The notes beneath the pieces were generated by a model, which was not told the origin of the DNA, searched no databases, and saw only the letters and a list, made by a program, of their open reading frames with translations. The position numbers and the translations under genes were made by a program. DNA of 64,000 nucleotides from Lytechinus pictus (Eukaryota), in the NCBI RefSeq assembly GCF_037042905.1, contig NC_087252.1:23934001-23998000 (forward strand), written 5' to 3'. Below are positions 63,370 to 64,000 of this stretch, one piece after another (the stretch's first letter is position 1; every line of letters starts with the position of its first letter).

Positions 63370-63763
63370 AGCTAAATGAACGTAGTTGCAGTAAAACACT
63401 GATTTCGTGAGAAAGTCTGTAAAACCAAGGTAAAGTATTGATATATCATCATGGATCTAGATCTGGTTCAGTTACATAAACTGAACTTTGTGAAATCATA
63501 ATATCTAGCTAAAAAACGATCACACTGAAGATCGCCAACACAGATAGGCACACGTAGGACAGTGTATTATTATTGCTGGAATAAAGACCCGACGGAAGTG
63601 ACCGAATCCGCGCTTATTTTGCTTATTTCTCAGCAATTACACAATTTCTTCCAGAATCCTTTGGCACATATTTTTTATTCATACAAATAGACACTTTGGT
63701 GATCATTATATTAAATTATGTAAAAAGTCATTTTGAGATCGTTCCCACAACTGGAATTCATCT
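63370..63763. mobile_element. TTAA-flanked MITE (Kolobok-like)
   Basis: ttaa|ag..tgaacgtagttg ... caactggaattcatct|ttaa. Confidence 0.5.
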
Positions 63764-64000
63764 TTAAGAAGATATACATGTATAGGGGTCTCCTTTATAA
63801 ATCATAAAGGGAATTAAGAATGACATTTAGGGGTTTGCAACCATGTTTATTTTCTATTATTTAATGTACAGTGGTAGTTAGAATATACATGTACTAAGCA
63901 GTAAGCATAAAAAAGAATTAAGCTTTCCGAGAAATATTTCTTTAAGAATTTGAAAAATATTTAATCTAAGGAAAGAGGAAATTCACTGCAGCTGGAAATT

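Overview
AT-rich animal genomic DNA with spliceosomal introns. The SINE and MITE repertoire suggests an echinoderm such as a sea urchin (inference). The whole window lies inside one very large minus-strand gene whose start and end are outside the window. I reconstructed 59 coding exons by hand (62498 down to 1262, about 7.67 kb, about 2,560 aa). They encode 29 short EGF-like repeats, 14 complete Ig-like domains plus one half domain, a Ser/Thr/Pro-rich linker and one 10-Cys Frizzled-type cysteine-rich domain. N-to-C order: EGF6-Ig-EGF2-Ig-EGF5-Ig-linker-FZ-EGF-Ig-EGF-Ig-Ig-(EGF2-Ig)x4-(EGF-Ig)x4-EGF2-Ig(half). Every exon, including each half-Ig exon, is symmetric phase 1-1. Notable features: one Ig domain lacks the internal intron, one intron has a GC donor, tandem acceptors could add or remove an RGD motif, and six exons have adjacent decayed partial copies. 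Introns contain MITEs, a hAT element, two near-identical Helentron-like elements, tRNA-derived SINEs, LINE fragments and a 4-kb composite TIR element. I do not recognise the gene, so no symbol is given. Exon boundaries are read by eye and have no transcript support.
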